In this document: one piece after another, positions 43,815-53,891 of the stretch | Position numbering within the stretch: the first letter of the stretch is position 1 | Layout of the letters: every line of letters begins with the position of its first letter | Source: Clostridia bacterium | GTDB lineage: Bacteria > Bacillota > Clostridia > CAKSNL01 > HGM11501 | Assembly: GCA_900766735.1 (NCBI GenBank) | Contig: CAAFWO010000008.1 | Coordinates: 2,022-66,021, forward strand | Length of the DNA stretch: 64,000 nucleotides | Direction: 5' to 3' | Position numbers and translations under genes: made by a program | Notes under the pieces: generated by a model | What the model saw: the letters and a program-made list of their open reading frames with translations, nothing else | What the model was told of the DNA's origin: nothing | The model's database searches: none

Positions 43815-45125
43815 TCAAAAAAGCAAGCCTTTTTTTGATAAAATTTCGTTTTTTATCTCATTTAATGCGTCGGACGCTGCCAAAGCGTATTTTTCCTTCT
43901 TGTTTCTCACCTTTCCGTGAGCGTGCGAAAGGATGCCGAAATTGGAGTTGACCGGCTGAAAATGCTTTTCCTCAGCGTTTGTGATATAATACCCGAGCGC
44001 TCCGCTCATCGTGGAGGGCGGCAAAATGAACCGCTCACAGCCCTTGATCGCCATAACCGCGTTAAGCCCTGCGATGAGCCCGGAGAGCGCGGACTCGACA
44101 TAGCCCTCGACCCCGGTTATCTGCCCGGCGAAGAAAAGATTTTCCCTTTCCTTCACGCTGTAGTCGGGATTTAACACTCTCGGCGCGCATAAAAACGAGT
44201 TTCTGTGCATCACGCCGTAGCGCAGAAATTCAGCGTTTTCAAGGCCGCCGATCATGGAGAACACTCTTTTCTGCTCGCCGAATTTAAGATTCGTCTGAAA
44301 GCCGACCATGTTATAGACAGTACCCTCTTTATTGTCGCGCCGAAGCTGAACGACCGCGTGGTAGCGCTCGCCTGTGACCGGGTCTTCAAGCCCGACGGGC
44401 TTTAAGGGCCCGAAAAGAAGAGTATCCCGTCCGCGCTTTGCCATGATCTCGACCGGCATACAGCCTTCGAATACCTCGGGTTTTTCGATGTCCTCGTGAA
44501 GCGGAGCCGTCTCGGCCGAAATGAGGGCGCCGTAAAACGCGTCGTACTCTTCTTTCGTCATCGGGCAGTTTATGTAGTCCGCCGTGCCCTTGTCATATCT
44601 GCTTTTAAAATACGCGCGGTTCATATCGATCGAATCTTTTAAGATAAGCGGTGCGGCCGCGTCGTAAAACGAGAGCGCGCCGCCCGTCAGCTTCAAAATA
44701 TCCTCCATAAGCGCGCCGTCCGTCAAAGGGCCGGTCGCGATTATCACCGCGTCGTCATCGGGGATCGAGGTGACCTCCTCGGAAATCACCTCGATATTTT
44801 CGTTTTCTTTAATTTTCTTTGTTATAAGCGCGGAAAACCGCTCTCTGTCGACCGCGAGCGCTCCGCCTGCCGGCACGCTCACCTCGTCCGCCGACTTTAT
44901 GATGATGGAGTCTAAAAGGCGCATCTCCTCTTTCAAAAGTCCGCACGCGTTATCCGTCGCGTTGCCCTTGAGCGAGTTACTGCACACAAGCTCCGCAAGA
45001 TCCGCGCTTTTATGCGCCGGGGAGAATTTTCCCGGTTTCATATCGTAAAGGCGCACCTTAATGCCGCGCTTCGCGATCTGGTATGCCGCCTCGCACCCGG
45101 CAAGCCCTGCTCCGACAACTATCAT
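43815..45125 (-). CDS. trmFO: methylenetetrahydrofolate--tRNA-(uracil-5)-methyltransferase
   Basis: FAD fold [18 protein letters not shown], with Gid/TrmFO-type length and motifs. It sits in the conserved topA-trmFO order. Confidence 0.85.
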   Translation of the reverse strand: MIVVGAGLAGCEAAYQIAKRGIKVRLYDMKPGKFSPAHKSADLAELVCSNSLKGNATDNACGLLKEEMRLLDSIIIKSADEVSVPAGGALAVDRERFSALITKKIKENENIEVISEEVTSIPDDDAVIIATGPLTDGALMEDILKLTGGALSFYDAAAPLILKDSIDMNRAYFKSRYDKGTADYINCPMTKEEYDAFYGALISAETAPLHEDIEKPEVFEGCMPVEIMAKRGRDTLLFGPLKPVGLEDPVTGERYHAVVQLRRDNKEGTVYNMVGFQTNLKFGEQKRVFSMIGGLENAEFLRYGVMHRNSFLCAPRVLNPDYSVKERENLFFAGQITGVEGYVESALSGLIAGLNAVMAIKGCERFILPPSTMSGALGYYITNAEEKHFQPVNSNFGILSHAHGKVRNKKEKYALAASDALNEIKNEILSKKGLLF

Positions 45126-45126
45126 A

Positions 45127-47217
45127 TTACACCTCTTTCGGGCAGGAGCGGTTTGAGCATCTTACCACCGTGTCGCCCCGAAGCGTCTTCGTTATCATGA
45201 GTGAGCCGCACTTGGGGCAGACCTCGCCCGTCGGCTTATCCCACAAAAGAAAGTCGCAGTCCTTGTTGCGGCAGGGGTAATACTTTTTGCCCTTTTTGGA
45301 GAATCTGCCGATTATCATATCGCCGCACTTGGGGCATTTAACGCCCGTTTCCTCGACGATCGCCTTTGTAAAGCTGCATTCGGGGTAGCCCGGGCACGCC
45401 AAAAACTTTCCGAATCTTCCGTTCTTGATAACGAGGTTTCTTCCGCAGACCTCGCACGGAATGTCCGTCTCCTCGTCTTTTATCGTGACCTTGCCCATCT
45501 CGTCCTCCGCCTTTTTAAGGTCGGACGAGAACGGCGTGTAAAATTCGCCGACTACCTTCTGCCACACTTCTTCTCCCTCTTCGACCTTATCAAGGTCGGA
45601 CTCCATATTCGCCGTGAACTCGATGTCAACGATATTCGAGAAATATTCCGAGAGCATATCGGTGATGATTCCGCCAAGCTCTGTCGGGCGAAGGCTCTTT
45701 TTGTCGCGCTCCACATAGCGGCGCGCAAGAATGGTCGAGATCGTGGGCGCATAGGTCGAAGGTCTTCCGATGCCGGCCTCCTCCATTTCCTTAATGAGCG
45801 ACGCCTCGTTGTAGCGCGCCGGCGGCTCGGTGAAGTGGCAGAGCGCCTCGTTCTTTTCTTCTTTTAAGACGTCGCCTTTTTCGATCTCGGGAAGCTTTTT
45901 GACCGTTGCTTCCGTGTCGTCAAAATCCTCATACGCCGCCATAAATCCGGCGAACATTAATCTGCGCTCGGATATCTTAAATTCCGCGCCGGAATTTACC
46001 GCGTCGGCAGAAACGGTCTTATACACCGCGTCCGCCATGCGGCTCGAAATGAACCTGTTGAAGATGAGCTTATAGAGCTTGTATTCGTCGCTCTTTAACG
46101 ACTTTTTTATGTCGTCCGGCTCGATCATCGTCGTCGGGCGGATGGCCTCGTGCGCGTCCTGCGCATTCTTCTTCGTCTTATATTCGCGCTCCTTGTCGGG
46201 GAAAAATTCGTTTCCGTATTTTCCGATTATAAATTTCTTCGCCATCGCCTTCGCGTCGTCCGAGATGCGAAGAGAGTCCGTTCTCATATAGGTGATAAGA
46301 CCGAGCGTGCCGTGGCCGGGAATCTCGACTCCCTCGTATAATATCTGCGCCGCCGCCATTGTGCGCTTGGAGGTGAAGCCTAAGCGCTTTGCCGCCTCCT
46401 GTTGTAATGAGCTTGTCGTAAACGGCGGATAGGGGCTCTTTCTCTTGTCCGAATATTTAACGTCCGAAACCTCGTATTTTCCGCCCTTAACGCGATCCTT
46501 CACCGCGTTTGCCTCGCTCTCACTTTTAAGCTCCGCCTTCTTGCCGTCAAGCTTTGAAAGCCTCGCCTCGACCGCAGAACCGTCCTTCGCTGTAAGCTGT
46601 GCGGCAAATGTCCAGTACTCCTCGGGCGTGAACTTTTCGATCTCGCGCTCGCGGTCGACCACCATTTTCGTGGTGACGGACTGAACTCTTCCGGCGGAAA
46701 GGCCAGAGCCAATCTTTGTCCACAAAAGGGGGCTTAATTTATAGCCCAAAAGTCTGTCCACTATTCTTCTTGCCTGCTGTGCGTCAACCAGATCAAGATC
46801 GATCTTTCTCGGCTTTTTGACCGCCTCGGTAACGGCAGACTTTGTGATCTCGTTAAACGTCACACGGCAGTCGGACTCCGAGTTGATGCCGAGTAACGCC
46901 GCAATGTGCCATGCGATCGCCTCTCCCTCACGGTCAGGGTCGGTCGCGATGAAAATGTTTTTCGAGTTCTTTGCCGCTTTTTTAAGCTCGCTCGTCAGCT
47001 CGCCCTTGCCGCGGATCGTGATATATTTCGGTTCAAAATTATTTTCCGTATCGATTCCGAGCTGGCTTTTTGGAAGATCGCGAAGATGACCCATCGACGC
47101 CAGAACCGTGTAGCTCCTGCCCAGGTATTTTTTGATCGTCTTTGCCTTGGCCGGAGACTCAACTATTAAAAGATTCGTCTTTGATGCTTTCGTTTTTGCT
47201 TTACTTTTCTTTTCCAC
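45127..47217 (-). CDS. topA: DNA topoisomerase I
   Basis: TOPRIM N-terminus ([18 protein letters not shown]), active-site region (ITYMRTDS) and C-terminal CxxC zinc-ribbon repeats. Confidence 0.93.
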   Translation of the reverse strand: MEKKSKAKTKASKTNLLIVESPAKAKTIKKYLGRSYTVLASMGHLRDLPKSQLGIDTENNFEPKYITIRGKGELTSELKKAAKNSKNIFIATDPDREGEAIAWHIAALLGINSESDCRVTFNEITKSAVTEAVKKPRKIDLDLVDAQQARRIVDRLLGYKLSPLLWTKIGSGLSAGRVQSVTTKMVVDREREIEKFTPEEYWTFAAQLTAKDGSAVEARLSKLDGKKAELKSESEANAVKDRVKGGKYEVSDVKYSDKRKSPYPPFTTSSLQQEAAKRLGFTSKRTMAAAQILYEGVEIPGHGTLGLITYMRTDSLRISDDAKAMAKKFIIGKYGNEFFPDKEREYKTKKNAQDAHEAIRPTTMIEPDDIKKSLKSDEYKLYKLIFNRFISSRMADAVYKTVSADAVNSGAEFKISERRLMFAGFMAAYEDFDDTEATVKKLPEIEKGDVLKEEKNEALCHFTEPPARYNEASLIKEMEEAGIGRPSTYAPTISTILARRYVERDKKSLRPTELGGIITDMLSEYFSNIVDIEFTANMESDLDKVEEGEEVWQKVVGEFYTPFSSDLKKAEDEMGKVTIKDEETDIPCEVCGRNLVIKNGRFGKFLACPGYPECSFTKAIVEETGVKCPKCGDMIIGRFSKKGKKYYPCRNKDCDFLLWDKPTGEVCPKCGSLMITKTLRGDTVVRCSNRSCPKEV

Positions 47218-47234
47218 TGGTTACCACCTCATCA

Positions 47235-48374
47235 TTATAAACCGTATCTTCCGTCCGGCAAAAGCTTGACCCTGCCGGAAACCTCTAATATTATAAGTGT
47301 CGAATTGACCCATTTCATGCTCCGTCCGCTCTTTTCGGAAAGCTCGGAGGGGGTGAGCGGTTCGTCCTTAAGATAGCTTATAAGCTCCATCATATTGTCA
47401 GACTCCGTGTTTCCCTCGCTCACTGCCTTTTTGCCGGAGGGCTTTGCCTTGACTGCCGGCGGCTCTTTTTTCGTCTCGGGCTCTTTGACCTCGCTTTTTT
47501 TATCATCGGCATAGTCGTCCGCGAACTTATCGATGTCATAGATGACCTCCGCCCCGTCGGCTATCAGCGAGTTGACGCCTATTGACATCGCCGAATCGAT
47601 CGGATTGGGCACTGCCGCAAGACGGCGCGAATATGCCTTCGCCGCCTTCGCCGTTATGAGTGCGCCGCTCTTCTCGCCCGCCTGAACGATGACGGTGAGC
47701 CCCGAAAGCCCGGCCATTATCCTGTTTCTTAAGTGAAAATAACCCGACTGGGCAGGCGTTCCCATTTCAAACTCGGTTATGAGTGCTCCGCCCGATGAGA
47801 TTATCTTCTCGCGAAGATGCTCGCTCCCTTTGGGATAGTCAACATCCATACCTGAGCAAAGAACGCCGATGACCGTTCCGCCCGAGTTGATCGCCCCCAT
47901 CGCGGCTGATGAATCGACCCCGTGCGCCATGCCGGAAACGATCGCCTCGCCTTTTGAGGCAAACGCCGAACCTATTGAAGTTGCCACCGAAACGCCGTAC
48001 GCGTCCGACGAGCGGCTTCCGGCAACCGTGACCATATCGGCCTTCATGAGCGCCTCGCGCGAGCCTTTGACATATAACATCAGCGGCGGCTCGGGGATCT
48101 CTCTTAAGGCCTTCGGATAGAATTTTGAATAGTAATCGACAAGATAGCACCTTTCGCGGTTGCACCGCTCGATCTCCCCGGCGACGAAGGACATGTCCTT
48201 CTTTTCAAGATACGCTATCTCCTTTTCGTTAAACATTCCGCACTCGGTAAGCGCTTCTTTGTCTGCGTTATATATTTCCTCCGGCGATGAAAAATATTCT
48301 ATCGCCTCAATGAGCTTGCCTCCCGACGCAATACCCATATGCTTAAGCCACAATAAATATTCTGCTCTGTGCAC
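47235..48374 (-). CDS. dprA: DNA-processing protein DprA (Smf)
   Basis: Rossmann-like core with VSGMAHGVDSSAAMGA and GVLCSGMDVDYPKGSEHL, plus a C-terminal winged-helix-like tail. Confidence 0.85.
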   Translation of the reverse strand: MHRAEYLLWLKHMGIASGGKLIEAIEYFSSPEEIYNADKEALTECGMFNEKEIAYLEKKDMSFVAGEIERCNRERCYLVDYYSKFYPKALREIPEPPLMLYVKGSREALMKADMVTVAGSRSSDAYGVSVATSIGSAFASKGEAIVSGMAHGVDSSAAMGAINSGGTVIGVLCSGMDVDYPKGSEHLREKIISSGGALITEFEMGTPAQSGYFHLRNRIMAGLSGLTVIVQAGEKSGALITAKAAKAYSRRLAAVPNPIDSAMSIGVNSLIADGAEVIYDIDKFADDYADDKKSEVKEPETKKEPPAVKAKPSGKKAVSEGNTESDNMMELISYLKDEPLTPSELSEKSGRSMKWVNSTLIILEVSGRVKLLPDGRYGL

Positions 48375-48474
48375 CGCTCATTCTCCTTTCATGCCGTACT
48401 TTTTTAAATTACAACAAAAATCCGGATTTGTAAAGAAAAATTTTTAATTTTTTCGTATTTTTTATTTTTGACGG

Positions 48475-49182
48475 GTGTATATTTTAATCATGAGTATTTA
48501 TTTTCTTTTCGAAGATCCCTCGCTTAAATGGCGTAAAGCGAAAAAGGAACTGCCAAAAAAAGAGTGCGACATTTTAGCTGTTCCGCCATTAAAACGCCTT
48601 AATCAAAAAAAGCTTGAGATTTTAAGAGACCGCCTTGATAAAAACGCACTTTACCTTTCGCCGTCGGCCTCTCTTGATGCGCTTTTCCCTTTTCCGCGCG
48701 ATGCGGTGCGCTCGTTTTTTTATCTTTCGCTCGCCGGATCGCTCGACCCGCTATCGGCCGCACTCGGCTTTTCCTCCGTCTGCCTTTTTGATGCCGGCGA
48801 GAAATCTGCCTTGTTCTTTTTATCGGCCTTTACCTCGCTTTTTCTTTCCGGCGAAAACGCAGGGGAGGTTTCAGAGTCGATCTTGGAGAGCACCGGCGCG
48901 GCCGTCCCCGTCGCCTCATCGCCTGTGCGCGGCGCGGCAACGGTATTTTTTAAAGAGGCAGACCCCGCTTTTCCCGGCATCGCCTTTCATCCGGATTTTT
49001 CATGCGGAGGCGAAAAGTTCGGTTCAGGCTCGCTATCCTATGCTCCCAAAGGGCGCTATGCCTTCATAAAGGAGCGGCTCGGCCGGCCTCTTTCCTGCTG
49101 TGAGGCGGCAAGACTTTACCACTATGACGAAAAAGCTACATTTAATATATTGACAAATCCCGGCTTCCGTAGTATAATTTAG
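48475..49182 (+). CDS. hypothetical protein
   Basis: Longest ORF in the dprA-greA gap. No family was recognised and the start codon is uncertain. Alternative overlapping ORFs in other frames are shorter. Confidence 0.35.
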   Translation: MYILIMSIYFLFEDPSLKWRKAKKELPKKECDILAVPPLKRLNQKKLEILRDRLDKNALYLSPSASLDALFPFPRDAVRSFFYLSLAGSLDPLSAALGFSSVCLFDAGEKSALFFLSAFTSLFLSGENAGEVSESILESTGAAVPVASSPVRGAATVFFKEADPAFPGIAFHPDFSCGGEKFGSGSLSYAPKGRYAFIKERLGRPLSCCEAARLYHYDEKATFNILTNPGFRSII

Positions 49183-49220
49183 GCTATTAATGCCGCAAGG
49201 CGAAAAGGAGAATTTCAAAA

Positions 49221-49691
49221 ATGGCAAAAGAATATGTTTTAACCCAAGAGGGCCTCGACAAACTCACCGAGGAGCTTGAATATAAAAGAACCATCGGCCG
49301 TAAAGAGGCGGCGGAGCATCTGAAAGAAGCGCGCTCCTACGGCGATTTATCCGAGAACAGCGAATATGATGAGGCAAAGGAAGCCCAGGCAAAGCTTGAG
49401 GCGAGAATTGCCGAGATCGAGGAAATGCTCAAAAACGTCAAGCTTTTGGACGAGACCGAGAGGACCGAGGGCGTTGCGTCGATCGGCTCGACCGTTGTCT
49501 GCTATATAGACGCGTTCGGTTCGGATATAACCTATTCCATCGTCGGAAGCGCGGAGTCAGACCCCTTAAACAACAAAATATCCGACGAATCGCCTATCGG
49601 CCACGCACTTATCGGAGCAAAGGCCGGTGAGACGGTGACGGCGGAAGCGCCCGGCGGCGACATAACTATTGAAGTAAGAGAAGTTAAATAA
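49221..49691 (+). CDS. greA: transcription elongation factor GreA
   Basis: 156 aa with the coiled-coil N-terminus ...YGDLSENSEYDEAKEAQ and a C-terminal FKBP-like domain. It is preceded by AAGGAG. Confidence 0.92.
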   Translation: MAKEYVLTQEGLDKLTEELEYKRTIGRKEAAEHLKEARSYGDLSENSEYDEAKEAQAKLEARIAEIEEMLKNVKLLDETERTEGVASIGSTVVCYIDAFGSDITYSIVGSAESDPLNNKISDESPIGHALIGAKAGETVTAEAPGGDITIEVREVK

Positions 49692-49723
49692 CCATAAGGG
49701 GCGGTTTTTCCGCCCCTTAAGAT

Positions 49724-50398
49724 ATGTATGCTATGGAAAAAATCGTTCCTTCCTATATTGAAGAATATTTAAGGGAGCTCATTCCCCAAAGAGATGAATT
49801 TTTGTCGTTGCTTGAAGCCGAGGCGGCGGACACGGCGACCTATGCCCCGATAATCGAGCCGGAGGTCGCAAACCTTTTGTCAGTATTAATTAAAATTCAC
49901 CGCCCGAAAAGAATACTGGAGCTCGGCACGGCGATCGGCTACAGCGCAATCGTGATGGCGAAGGCCATGGGCGAGGGCGAAATCGTCACCGTCGAGCGGT
50001 ACGACAGGATGTATGAGCGCGCGATCTGTAACATCCGCCGCGCCGGGCTCTCACGCGTTATAAAGCCCGTATTGGACGAGGCTGAGAATGCGCTCACCTG
50101 GCTTGACGGCGGCTTTGATATGATATTTTTGGACTCCGCAAAGGGGCAGTATCTTGAATTTCTGCCCGAGTGTATGCGCCTTTTAAAGGTCGGCGGCATT
50201 TTGGTGAGCGACGACGTTTTGTATAAGGGCGAGGTGACGGACGAGGTCGGCACGGAAAAGCGCAAGGTGACAATCGTCAAGCGCCTTCGCGAATATTTAA
50301 AATTCATTTCCGACTGCGATTTTCTAAGGACAAGCGTTCTCCCGATCGGGAACGGAGTCGCAATTTCATATAAGGAGAAAGACTATGAAAAAAATTGA
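49724..50398 (+). CDS. class I SAM-dependent O-methyltransferase (YrrM/TrmR-like)
   Basis: ILELGTAIGYSA motif I and the length of the caffeoyl-CoA-OMT-like family. It is followed by a U32 peptidase-family gene, as in the B. subtilis yrrM-yrrO arrangement. Confidence 0.7.
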   Translation: MYAMEKIVPSYIEEYLRELIPQRDEFLSLLEAEAADTATYAPIIEPEVANLLSVLIKIHRPKRILELGTAIGYSAIVMAKAMGEGEIVTVERYDRMYERAICNIRRAGLSRVIKPVLDEAENALTWLDGGFDMIFLDSAKGQYLEFLPECMRLLKVGGILVSDDVLYKGEVTDEVGTEKRKVTIVKRLREYLKFISDCDFLRTSVLPIGNGVAISYKEKDYEKN

Positions 50399-51614
50399 AC
50401 TGCTTGCCCCGGCCGGTGATCTTGCTCGCTTAAAGGTCGCGATTGAATACGGAGCGGACGCGGTATATCTCGGCGGAGAACAGTTTTCTCTTCGCAGTGC
50501 CGCGGTGAACTTTAACGACGATGAGCTTGCCGAGGGCATCAGATTTGCCCATGAGCGCGGAAAAAAGGTCTATATCGCGCTTAACATCATTCCGCATAAC
50601 AGGGATTTAGAGAGCATCGTCTCTTTCGCCGAAAAGGTGCAAAAATTGGGGGCGGACGCGGTCATCGTGTCCGATCTCGGGGTAATGGAGCTCCTGCGTG
50701 AGCATGTTCCCAATCTTCCCATTCACATCAGCACTCAGGCGAGCGTGACAAATTATATGACCGTTAAAAAATTCGTTTCAGACGGAGCGGAGCGCGTCGT
50801 CCTGGCGCGCGAGCTTTCACTTGGCGAGATCGCCGAAATAAAGGAAAAAACCGGCGCGGAGCTTGAAGTTTTCTGCCACGGTGCGGTCTGCATGTCATAT
50901 TCCGGCCGCTGTCTTTTGAGCAACTATCTTGCAAACCGCGACAGCAATATGGGCCAGTGCGCCCAGCCCTGCCGCTGGCAGTATTACGTGATGGAGGAAA
51001 AACGCCCCGGAATGTATATGCCCGTCGTCGAGACAGAGCGCGGAACCTTCGTTTTCAACGCGAAGGATATGTGCCTCATAGAGCACATAGACAAGCTCAT
51101 CGCCGCCGGAGTCGACTCTCTTAAGATTGAGGGGCGGATAAAGACCGCATATTATGTTGCGACGGTCGTTAAAAGCTACCGCCGCGCGATCGACGCGTAT
51201 TATGAAAACAGCGAAAACTGGTATAAGGGCGAATACCTCACCGAGCTTAAAAAGGTGAGCCACAGAAAATACGATACCGGCTTTTTCTTCGGCAGGCCGG
51301 AGGAGATATATTCCGACGGGTCGTATATCAGAAATTACGACGTTATCGCCGACATCGTGAAAAGCGCGCCCGACGAAGGAAGGCTTTACCTTTCGCTCTT
51401 AAACAAGGTCACCGAGGGCGAAACGCTCGAGGTCATGGAGCCCGACGGCGACTTTTGGTACCTTAAGGCCGAGGACTTAAAAAACGAAAACGGCGAACCG
51501 ATCAGCACGGCGAACCACGCGACCATGCTTTTTTCGTTAAAATGCGAAAGAAATGTTTCCCCTTATGCGTTTATCAGGCGCAAAAGGCCGGAGGCGGCCG
51601 ATCCGCTTGAATAA
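50385..51614 (+). CDS. peptidase U32 family protein (YrrO/TrhP-like)
   Basis: MKKIELLAPAG...AIEYGADAVYLGG... and a Cys-rich CHGAVCMSYSGRCLLS motif are typical of U32. Confidence 0.8.
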   Translation: MKKIELLAPAGDLARLKVAIEYGADAVYLGGEQFSLRSAAVNFNDDELAEGIRFAHERGKKVYIALNIIPHNRDLESIVSFAEKVQKLGADAVIVSDLGVMELLREHVPNLPIHISTQASVTNYMTVKKFVSDGAERVVLARELSLGEIAEIKEKTGAELEVFCHGAVCMSYSGRCLLSNYLANRDSNMGQCAQPCRWQYYVMEEKRPGMYMPVVETERGTFVFNAKDMCLIEHIDKLIAAGVDSLKIEGRIKTAYYVATVVKSYRRAIDAYYENSENWYKGEYLTELKKVSHRKYDTGFFFGRPEEIYSDGSYIRNYDVIADIVKSAPDEGRLYLSLLNKVTEGETLEVMEPDGDFWYLKAEDLKNENGEPISTANHATMLFSLKCERNVSPYAFIRRKRPEAADPLE

Positions 51615-51620
51615 AATAGC

Positions 51621-51649
51621 TTGACAGCGGGAAAAATCTCAGTTATAAT
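51621..51649 (+). promoter_or_regulatory. consensus sigma-A promoter (TTGACA-17-TATAAT)
   Basis: TTGACA at 51621-51626 and TATAAT at 51644-51649. Confidence 0.7.
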
Positions 51650-51679
51650 ATAAGAAGAAATTTTACGGAGGTAATTATC

Positions 51680-51883
51680 ATGGTTAAAATAACAAAAGAT
51701 ACAATTATTGCGGACGTTCTTAAAATAGATGAAGGCACGGCGCCGTTTTTCCTTGAGATCGGAATGCACTGCTTGACCTGCCCCGGCGCGATCGGCGAGA
51801 CGGTCGAAGAGGCTTGCATGGTTCACGGCGTTGACTGCGACGCACTTTTGGAAAAGCTTAATAACTTCATCGAAAACAAGTAA
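51680..51883 (+). CDS. DUF1858 (hybrid-cluster-protein-associated redox disulfide) domain protein
   Basis: 67 aa: ITKDTIIADVL...APFFLEIGMHCLTCPGAIGETVEEAC.VHGVD is the DUF1858 pattern. Confidence 0.75.
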   Translation: MVKITKDTIIADVLKIDEGTAPFFLEIGMHCLTCPGAIGETVEEACMVHGVDCDALLEKLNNFIENK

Positions 51884-51885
51884 GT

Positions 51886-51923
51886 AAAAGAGCTGTAAAA
51901 CTTTAAGTTTTACAGCTCTTTTT
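51886..51923. terminator. bidirectional terminator between convergent genes
   Basis: aaaagagctgtaaaac (51886-51901) pairs with gttttacagctctttt (51907-51922). Confidence 0.8.
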
Positions 51924-52317
51924 ATAGTTCTATCTCCCTTATATCACCAAACGGAATCTTCCGCTCTTCGGTTATTATAAGGCGATTATAGGTATCAACC
52001 CTTTTGACCTTGACTTTTTCTGCAATGTACCTTCCGCCGTTCTTTTTCATATCTGCAATAAAATATGTTACCGTTACCTCAGGCCGCTCCTTTACGCGTT
52101 CCATGAGGTTTTTTATTGCCGCGTCAAGCTCCGCCTTTGACTCATCGCCGATTTCCGCTTTCTCTTCGGTCGTCCTCGCCGTTTCGGAGACTGCGCCGGA
52201 AAGCGTCGTCAGCGCGGCAAACGGCGAAAACTGCGCCGCGCGCATCTCGTGCGGCATCGGAGGGTGAGTCTTTGATACCGGCCTTTCAAGATCAATAATA
52301 TCGTCATACTCTCCCAT
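51922..52317 (-). CDS. YolD-like protein
   Basis: 131 aa with MPHEMRAAQFSPFAAL and a C-terminal beta-rich domain. It lies immediately downstream of, and abutting, a Y-family polymerase gene, as with yolD-uvrX and yqjX-yqjW. Confidence 0.7.
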   Translation of the reverse strand: MGEYDDIIDLERPVSKTHPPMPHEMRAAQFSPFAALTTLSGAVSETARTTEEKAEIGDESKAELDAAIKNLMERVKERPEVTVTYFIADMKKNGGRYIAEKVKVKRVDTYNRLIITEERKIPFGDIREIEL

Positions 52318-53777
52318 TATGCCTTGTGCCCTCCTATCTGGCCGTTACGCTCCGCCGCGGTCGCGCCCTCTTTTAGGTTCATTCCGCGAAGGATCGCATT
52401 CTTGCCGAACTTTTCTTTTATCTGAAGCATGGCCTCCTGCCGCCTTTTCTCCTTCTCGAGGGTCTTTTCCTCCTCGGGATCGGAAAACATATCAAGCTGC
52501 TCAAAATCCTCTTTTTCGTCCTCACCCGTCACATGGTTTGCCGTGACGGTGAGCCTTCTCACAGTTAGGCCCTTATCCGCGATGCGCGAAAAAAGCTCCG
52601 CCGCACCGGAAACCAAAAGGCGCGAGGACGAGGTCTTGCGCCCGAGATTGTGTGAGCCGTGCGCCGCCTTCGGAATTTTTCTGCCGTAGCGGTCGTCCGC
52701 CGCCTCGCCCTTGTATGAGGCCATATTTTCAATGTCATAGCCGACGTCGAGCACGATCTGGTCGGTCACGAGGCGTTTTTCCGTCAGCTCCAGCGCCATC
52801 ATATCCGCCATCTCGCGGACGATTAGCTCCGCCTTTTCATATGGATAGGGGCACTTTAATACCTGCCCCGAGCAGATCGACGAGGTTTTCGGGCGATAGG
52901 CCTTGATCTCGGCAATCGTCGCCGTCTCATAACCCCACGCATGGTCAATCAAAAGCTCCGCATTAACGCCGAAAAGCTTATATAGAAGTTCTTCGTTTTT
53001 GAGCGAACAGCGCGCCACGTCGCCCATCGTGAACATTCCGAATTTTTCAAGGCTCGCCGCATAGCCGCGCCCCACGCGCCAGAAGTCCGTTATCGGGCGG
53101 TGACTCCACAAAAGGCGGCGATAGTCCTTTTCGTTTATCTCGGCGATGCGCGTGCCCGTCTCATCGGGCTTTATGTGCTTTGCGACTATATCCATCGCGA
53201 CCTTGGCAAGGTAAAGGTTATCGCCTATCCCGGAGGTCGCGGTTATGTGCGTTTTTCTGAACACTTCGTTTATAATTTTTTGCACATATTCGCGCGCGGT
53301 AGTGTGAGAAAGACGAAGATACTCCGTCAGATCGATAAAGACCTCGTCCACCGAGTAAACGTGAATATCCTCAGCCGCGGCAAAGTTTAAATAAATATTG
53401 TATATCTCGGTGCTAACCTCGACATAGCGCGCCATTCTGGGCTTTGCGATCAGAAAATCGGCCTTTAGCGAAGGGTCTTTCTTAAGCTCCGGCGCAAAAA
53501 CGGAGGATCCCGAAAATTCGCGGCCGCCGATTCTTCTTTTGCGTTCCGCGTTCACCGCCGCAATACGCGAGACAGCCTCAAAAAGCCGTGCCCTGCCGCC
53601 GATGCCGCACGCTTTTAAGGACGGGCTCACCGCAAGGCATATTGTCTTTTCCGTGCGCGACTTATCCGCGACGACGAGATTCGTCGTCATCGGGTCAAGC
53701 CCTTTGTCGGCACATTCGACAGACGCGTAAAACGATTTTAAATCGATTGCCGCATAAATTCTTTTTCCGCCGTTCAA
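52317..53777 (-). CDS. Y-family (UmuC/UvrX-like) translesion DNA polymerase
   Basis: IYAAIDLKSFYASVEC and SVDEVFIDLT are the Y-family palm motifs. The 486-aa product has a C-terminal extension. Confidence 0.85.
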   Translation of the reverse strand: MNGGKRIYAAIDLKSFYASVECADKGLDPMTTNLVVADKSRTEKTICLAVSPSLKACGIGGRARLFEAVSRIAAVNAERKRRIGGREFSGSSVFAPELKKDPSLKADFLIAKPRMARYVEVSTEIYNIYLNFAAAEDIHVYSVDEVFIDLTEYLRLSHTTAREYVQKIINEVFRKTHITATSGIGDNLYLAKVAMDIVAKHIKPDETGTRIAEINEKDYRRLLWSHRPITDFWRVGRGYAASLEKFGMFTMGDVARCSLKNEELLYKLFGVNAELLIDHAWGYETATIAEIKAYRPKTSSICSGQVLKCPYPYEKAELIVREMADMMALELTEKRLVTDQIVLDVGYDIENMASYKGEAADDRYGRKIPKAAHGSHNLGRKTSSSRLLVSGAAELFSRIADKGLTVRRLTVTANHVTGEDEKEDFEQLDMFSDPEEEKTLEKEKRRQEAMLQIKEKFGKNAILRGMNLKEGATAAERNGQIGGHKA

Positions 53778-53891
53778 ACTCTTCGCCCTCCTTTAACATT
53801 TTAAGTATACTATATTAAGAGGAAAAAATCAACATTTCGATGCAACCTTTTCGCACTCACAAAAGTATTATTAATAGAAAGGGGAGATTTT

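Noticed and set aside
53778-53891. Sequences such as caacatttcgatg upstream of the Y-family polymerase, considered as a LexA box.
   Set aside because: They do not fit GAAC-N4-GTTC symmetry.
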